A stretch of 64,000 nucleotides of DNA, taken from assembly GCA_946535445.1 (NCBI GenBank), contig CAMNDN010000002.1, forward strand, positions 5,831 through 69,830, given 5' to 3'. Each line of letters begins with the position of its first letter. The first letter of the stretch is position 1. Below are positions 58,933 through 64,000 of the stretch, piece by piece. The stretch is from an uncultured Lachnospiraceae bacterium. Its GTDB lineage: Bacteria; Bacillota; Clostridia; Lachnospirales; Lachnospiraceae. The notes beneath the pieces are model-generated. The model was not told the origin of the DNA, did no database searches, and was given only the letters and a program-made list of their open reading frames with translations. The translations under genes and the position numbers were made by a program.

Positions 58933-59886
58933 TCAGTTCACATATTCCTTCATCAAAAGCATTCTGCTGAGCATGACCAGCACGTAGAACACGAGTCCCG
59001 ATGTCAGGAATATCTGAAGACCGGCCAGCTGTGATAAAGGATAGGCCAGTGCACTGCCGGTTTCCGTAAGGTAGCCTGCCATTTTCTGTGTCGCCACAAT
59101 GCCGATCGCCATCGGGAAAGTAAGTCCCGCGTATCCCGGATAAAACCTGAAGGAGAAGAAATCCGGAAGTTTGATTATGACGAACACCAGTGAACACAGT
59201 GCACAGAAATACATGAACCAGAGCACCAGCGTATTTGGAGTACCAAATACATTGATCAGACTTACAACACAAAGACTGCAGGGTGCAAGTAAAATAGCCA
59301 TCGTGTGATATGTAGCCGGCTTGATTTCAACATTGATGAGCCGCCATATCATGATCGGAAGCATGACAGTATAAATGATACATCCGTAAATAGTAATAAA
59401 AATAAGAAGCGGTTTGACGTTCATTGCTCCTCCTGTTACACAGGCTACCATATAGCCGTTCAGCGTAACGAACCAGCTGGGCATTGTCGTCATAATATTT
59501 CTGTGCAGGAACATATTAATCACAATGAAGCGTACAAGATGTACCGTGTGAAGTGCTACGGCTATGAACCAGACACATTTTCCTATCACACCGAGGATTG
59601 GCATCCCAAAATTTGTTCCGATCTCAAGATAAAAACTTCCCAGAATCATCATGCACATCGTCAGGGCAGCGTAAAGACTGCAGGGAATGACCTGATTATA
59701 TTCACTCAGAAAGACCTTCGGGAACATTGCTATTTTCAGGATGTAACAGATAATGAAAATAGTTCCGCAAGCCATGCACAGATATCGGAACCACACGAAT
59801 CCCAGCCCGCCGTATACATTACTCAGTGTAAGAAGTGAGAGAAATGTTGCTATTGCGGGAACCGGTATTTTTTCAAATCTACTCAT
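58933..59886 (-). CDS. TDT/SLAC1-family anion channel
   Basis: About 10 hydrophobic segments, PSWFV, AP.SL, FYPGYAGLTFP; start overlaps the upstream stop codon (alternative start 59901). Confidence 0.8.
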   Translation of the reverse strand: MSRFEKIPVPAIATFLSLLTLSNVYGGLGFVWFRYLCMACGTIFIICYILKIAMFPKVFLSEYNQVIPCSLYAALTMCMMILGSFYLEIGTNFGMPILGVIGKCVWFIAVALHTVHLVRFIVINMFLHRNIMTTMPSWFVTLNGYMVACVTGGAMNVKPLLIFITIYGCIIYTVMLPIMIWRLINVEIKPATYHTMAILLAPCSLCVVSLINVFGTPNTLVLWFMYFCALCSLVFVIIKLPDFFSFRFYPGYAGLTFPMAIGIVATQKMAGYLTETGSALAYPLSQLAGLQIFLTSGLVFYVLVMLSRMLLMKEYVN

Positions 59887-61150
59887 AAATCGATTCTCCA
59901 TTCTTTTCTTCGTAGTAAAACTCGAAATTATCACTCATACGGAAAAAGTCAGAGTAGTCAATATCCCACAGAGGTTTCTTTACTTTGGTGACATCAATAT
60001 TTCTCGCAATCAGCTGCTGAAGGATACCGCCGTAGGAAATGTCATTCTGAAGGAGTGCTCCGATTATTTTCCCATTCTTATGAACGATTTTCTTATAGAT
60101 GCCGTCTCTGTCATAGATCTCGACCTTGATGTCTTTATCTTCGGGATCCGGGTTCACATTTCCCAGCGACATGCTGAAAATACCCAGGAAGCTCATCGTG
60201 GATTTTGAGGCGAAGAAATCTGTCATCTTTGCAGGATGGCCTGTCATATTGCTGGCAGCGATCATACCCTCTTTTACGGCTACCGGCCAGATCGGGCTCG
60301 TCCCGGATACATCACCTGCGCCATAGATATCAGGATCATTTGTCTTGCCTGTAGCATCATAGACGAGTCCGAATCTGGAAAGTTCCAGACCCGTATCCCT
60401 GAGGAACTCAACATTTGATCGGACACCTGCCGTCACAATAAAATAATCGCACGGAATGATTGTTCCGTCGCTCAGAATAACTTCTGTGATCTCATGTTCA
60501 TCATTAATTGTTACTTCATTAACTCCGACGCCGTAATGCTGCTTGATTCCTTCCCGGGCAAATGCATCAATATACGTTTTCGCAGCACGCTCATCAAGCT
60601 GCTTATTGAGCAGCCATCCCGCGAAGTCGACAAGCGTAACTTTTACACCAAGGTCCAGGAAACCGCATGCGCAGTCAATACCGACGAGACCCGAACCCAG
60701 GACCACAATATTCTTTTTAGTCTTAGCTACCTCTTTCAGAATTTCAATATCATCAATATTTCTGAAACCGATCATATTGGGAGAACCGGCCATGTTTTTA
60801 ATTGGAGGGAAGAATGTATGGGATCCGGTGGCGATCAGAAGCTTATCATAGGATACTTCTTTTCCGTCAGCCAATATGACTTTGTGACCGGCACGGTCCA
60901 GTCCTACAACCTCCTCACCTTTCATCCAGTTTACCTTATATCGTTCCTCAAAATCCGGTTCAACAAAGCGAAGTCTTTCCTTCGTGCGATGACCGCCCAG
61001 ATAGGCATGCAGGATACAGCGGGAATAGATATCCTTATCTTTTGAAATCAGTGTAATTTCCGCATCCTTGTCATGTTTTCTGAGTTCACGGACACCGTTG
61101 ACACCCGCAGCGGATGAACCGATGACTACATATTTTTTTACATCTGCCAT
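59879..61150 (-). CDS. NAD(P)H/FAD oxidoreductase, probable electron-input subunit
   Basis: GSSAAG, YSRC, LIATGS, GSGLVG, IYGAGD. Confidence 0.88.
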   Translation of the reverse strand: MADVKKYVVIGSSAAGVNGVRELRKHDKDAEITLISKDKDIYSRCILHAYLGGHRTKERLRFVEPDFEERYKVNWMKGEEVVGLDRAGHKVILADGKEVSYDKLLIATGSHTFFPPIKNMAGSPNMIGFRNIDDIEILKEVAKTKKNIVVLGSGLVGIDCACGFLDLGVKVTLVDFAGWLLNKQLDERAAKTYIDAFAREGIKQHYGVGVNEVTINDEHEITEVILSDGTIIPCDYFIVTAGVRSNVEFLRDTGLELSRFGLVYDATGKTNDPDIYGAGDVSGTSPIWPVAVKEGMIAASNMTGHPAKMTDFFASKSTMSFLGIFSMSLGNVNPDPEDKDIKVEIYDRDGIYKKIVHKNGKIIGALLQNDISYGGILQQLIARNIDVTKVKKPLWDIDYSDFFRMSDNFEFYYEEKNGESIYE

Positions 61151-61151
61151 A

Positions 61152-61580
61152 TCAGTTCACCTCCACCAATGTAATAGCCTGCATCGGACATTTTTCTACA
61201 CACATAGGCATGGCTGTCTTTCCATCCGGACTTCTGTGTACGCACATATTGCATTTCATGATCTCAAGGTGTTCTATGCTGTCAGGCTTCAGAACACCGT
61301 ATGGACATGACATAACGCACATATAGCAGCTTGCGCAGTGTTCCTTATCATAGGTTACATATCCTGTCTCGAGGTCTTTTTTCATGGCACCTGTCATGCA
61401 TGTATAAGTACACTCGGGATGCTCACAGTGTCTGCAGAAAATAGGAGCCGGTCGGGTACCGCTGTCTATAACGACACGGTTTCTCGCATCACTGCTCTCG
61501 CTTTGATGACTGACGATACATGCGGTCACGCAGGTCAGACATCCGATGCAGCGGCTTCGGTCTATCTTAATTCTTTTCAT
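61152..61580 (-). CDS. 4Fe-4S dicluster electron-transfer subunit
   Basis: CIGCLTC...C, CRHC...C...C, CASCYMC...CP, CNMC...CVEKCP. Confidence 0.92.
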   Translation of the reverse strand: MKRIKIDRSRCIGCLTCVTACIVSHQSESSDARNRVVIDSGTRPAPIFCRHCEHPECTYTCMTGAMKKDLETGYVTYDKEHCASCYMCVMSCPYGVLKPDSIEHLEIMKCNMCVHRSPDGKTAMPMCVEKCPMQAITLVEVN

Positions 61581-61616
61581 AATATGTCAAATCCTCCAAT
61601 TGATTCTTTTTACGAA

Positions 61617-63707
61617 TCATTCCGTTACTTTCTCGAACCTGCAGGTAGCGCCTTTATAATTAGGCTCTCTGGAATACTTATCATAACTTGAAGGTGTCAG
61701 TTTATTGCATTCGATATAATGGATGGGAGCATAAAGCTGATTATACGGAACATCATCCGTAATAATGACATTAAAGACTGCATCCTGTCCGTTGACCGAA
61801 TATACCCGGACCTTATCCATATGATGAACATCATTTTCCTGAGCCTGTCTGGTATTCATATACAGATACGCTTTTTTACTGGAGACATCCTCGACAAATC
61901 GGACTTCTTTGGTCCGGCTCTGTGTATGCCATTGGCCGACGGTTCCACGCCCGGTATTGAAGACAAGTGGGAATTCTTCATTCGGAACAAATGGATTCGG
62001 CAGCGGCTCCTCGAACATAAAGTTCGCCCTCTGATCGGGAGTAAAGAATTTTCCGTCTGAGTAGAGTCTTCTCTCCTCATCCTTAAATTCATCTTCACGT
62101 CCTTCCGGATACGGCCACTGGATTCCATGGGAATTAACAAGTCCATCCCAGGTCACACCTGAAAAATCACAGGGCTTTCCGACAGATATCTTACGAAGCA
62201 TATTGAAGCAGGCTTCCGGAGTTTCCCATTTCTCGATCGCTTTCCCCATACCGAGTGCCTTTGCGACTCCCAGTATGCATTCGTAATCGGAAATCTCATT
62301 TTTTCCACGCTCCAAGACAGGTCTCATGGCAGACAGACGCCGCTCAAGATTGATATATGTTCCGGCCTTTTTGATACCGGGGACGACCGGGAAAAAGACA
62401 GTCGCATCTTCAGCGCTTTCGATCGTATCATAAATATCCTGTACTACGAAAAGCTCCAGCTTCTTTGTTGCCTCAGCGAAAGTCTCATTGTTGGTCCAGC
62501 TGTGCCTCGGATTCGTACAGAGGATCCAGAGTCCTTTTATTTCACCTGCATTTATGCCTTCAACGATTTTGTTGTAAGGAATTGTAGGCTTTTTGGCAAT
62601 AAGATCTGGATCAATTCCCACGATATCCGCAATTCTCTTACGCTCATCCTCATTGGTGAAATCGCCTCCTCCGAAAAGGCATGTCGTGTTAGAGAACAGG
62701 CGGGATCCCATTGCGTTGCACTGACCTGTAATAGAATTGCCGCCTGTGCCCGGCTTCCCGATATTTCCGGTCATAAGCGCAAGGTTCATGATACCGTTCG
62801 CTGTTCTGACCGCTTCGTATCCCTGGTTAACACCCATTGTCCACCAGAAAGATACTCTTTTGCCGTTGTGGATCAAGGTAGCCAGCTCCATGATCTGTTC
62901 TTCCGAGAGGCCGGTGTTTTTCACACCTCTCTCAACGGTGAATGCTTTGCAGAATTCCGCAAATTCCGTGAAATGATTGGTATGCTCTTCAATAAATTTA
63001 TGATCGATCCAGTCTTTCTCAATAAGAATATTTGAAATCGTATAAATCAGATTCAGATCGCTTCTGGGTGTGATACCATACCAGTAATCTGCATTCTTTG
63101 CAGTCTCGCTGCGTCTGGGATCGATAACAATCACTTTGTGATTCGGGACCGTATTTTGCTTGACTCTGCCCCAGATAATCGGATGTGCAACAACGGGATT
63201 GGACCCGATAAAGATAATCGTATCGGATAATTCAAGATCTTTGAGAGTATAGCCCGGAGCATCGTAGCCATATGTCATCTTATGAGCCACTGCGGCCGAA
63301 GCCATACAGAGTCTGGTGTTCCCATCGACATTGGTCTGAAGATAATTTCTCATGACATGGCCGAATATAGCAAACTCCTCAAGGGTCAGCTGTCCGGTAC
63401 TGATGCCTGCTACAGACTCTCTGCCGTATTTAGCCTGGAGCTCGGCGATTTTATCTGCCACATACCGGAAGCCCTCTTCCCACGGAACTTCCTTCATTGA
63501 TCCGTCTTCCTGACGTATTTTAGGCAGTGCATCCGGTTTGACAGTGGTCTGCTGCTTGGATAATGAAATCCCCTTGATGCAGCTGAATCCGTCGTTGACC
63601 GGATATCCAGGAGTCGGAACCGTTTTCACGATTCTGTTGTTTTCCACGTAAAAGTCTAAATTGCAGTCAATTGCGCAGAAATTACAACACGATTGGACTT
63701 TTTTCAT
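61617..63707 (-). CDS. Cytoplasmic Mo-bisPGD oxidoreductase, nitrate-reductase type
   Basis: CNFCAIDC..CIKG cluster; NTRLCMASA ligand motif (Nas/Nap type, not FDH); TMGVNQ, GQCNAMG, NTGR..QWHT; no Tat signal. Confidence 0.85.
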   Translation of the reverse strand: MKKVQSCCNFCAIDCNLDFYVENNRIVKTVPTPGYPVNDGFSCIKGISLSKQQTTVKPDALPKIRQEDGSMKEVPWEEGFRYVADKIAELQAKYGRESVAGISTGQLTLEEFAIFGHVMRNYLQTNVDGNTRLCMASAAVAHKMTYGYDAPGYTLKDLELSDTIIFIGSNPVVAHPIIWGRVKQNTVPNHKVIVIDPRRSETAKNADYWYGITPRSDLNLIYTISNILIEKDWIDHKFIEEHTNHFTEFAEFCKAFTVERGVKNTGLSEEQIMELATLIHNGKRVSFWWTMGVNQGYEAVRTANGIMNLALMTGNIGKPGTGGNSITGQCNAMGSRLFSNTTCLFGGGDFTNEDERKRIADIVGIDPDLIAKKPTIPYNKIVEGINAGEIKGLWILCTNPRHSWTNNETFAEATKKLELFVVQDIYDTIESAEDATVFFPVVPGIKKAGTYINLERRLSAMRPVLERGKNEISDYECILGVAKALGMGKAIEKWETPEACFNMLRKISVGKPCDFSGVTWDGLVNSHGIQWPYPEGREDEFKDEERRLYSDGKFFTPDQRANFMFEEPLPNPFVPNEEFPLVFNTGRGTVGQWHTQSRTKEVRFVEDVSSKKAYLYMNTRQAQENDVHHMDKVRVYSVNGQDAVFNVIITDDVPYNQLYAPIHYIECNKLTPSSYDKYSREPNYKGATCRFEKVTE

Positions 63708-63916
63708 GCGGATCAGTCCTCCTTTTCCAGAAAAAGATATGAGTTATTTGGATTCACATAGCTACTTGTGCATATATGTAGTATACCATTTATAATATAT
63801 ATTTTTTATTGAAGCGCCCGTTTAAATAATTTTTGTCATTTTATTCATAATTTCGTTCTTCTTTTGTGCAAAACACACAAGTGAATTTTTCTATCATTCC
63901 ATTCTTTGACTATCTT

Positions 63917-64000
63917 TTATAAAAATTGCACTTCCCCACTCTCGATGTCATAGACTGCACCGATGACCTTAAGTCCTTCTTCCTCATCGTGCCTGATGAT
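63917..64000 (-). CDS. 3' end of a probable beta-class carbonic anhydrase (truncated by window edge)
   Basis: ..GLKVIGAVYDIESGEVQFL* resembles the beta-CA C-terminus; only 27 residues visible. Confidence 0.6.
   Translation of the reverse strand: MIRHDEEEGLKVIGAVYDIESGEVQFL

Noticed and set aside
61617-63707. Formate dehydrogenase feeding the fhs cluster
   Set aside because: Ligand motif is RLCMASA (Cys-Met, nitrate-reductase type), not the Cys/Sec-His of FDH; no in-frame TGA

Overview
Core-chromosome segment of an anaerobic Firmicute. Gene content and order suggest Clostridia, probably Lachnospiraceae (inference). About 55 CDS, mostly on the minus strand: rpsU, alaS, rnhA, a membrane-anchored MutS-like ATPase, a ricin-lectin/SleB-type hydrolase, a metF-fhs-fchA-folD one-carbon cluster, der-plsY-gpsA, prs, a divergent EF-G paralog, tyrA-aroA, queA, pheST, galM, dgt, thrC, topB, asd, argH, queH, idi, a VanX-type dipeptidase, a cysteine desulfidase, and a cytoplasmic nitrate-reductase-type Mo-enzyme operon with moeA/mobB/mobA. 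Also tRNA-Pro(GGG) and a probable 6S RNA. I see no transposase, integrase, prophage, rRNA or CRISPR array, and no unmistakable large novel system. Best leads: (1) an aldo-keto reductase lacking its catalytic Tyr and His, head-to-head with the one-carbon cluster; (2) a short promoter-terminator leader before an alanine/glycine symporter that matches no riboswitch I recognise; (3) a probable ATC start codon for topB; (4) a TDT/SLAC1 channel inside the nitrate reductase operon; (5) two families of small intergenic repeats. All family calls come from motif recognition by eye; no database search was run.
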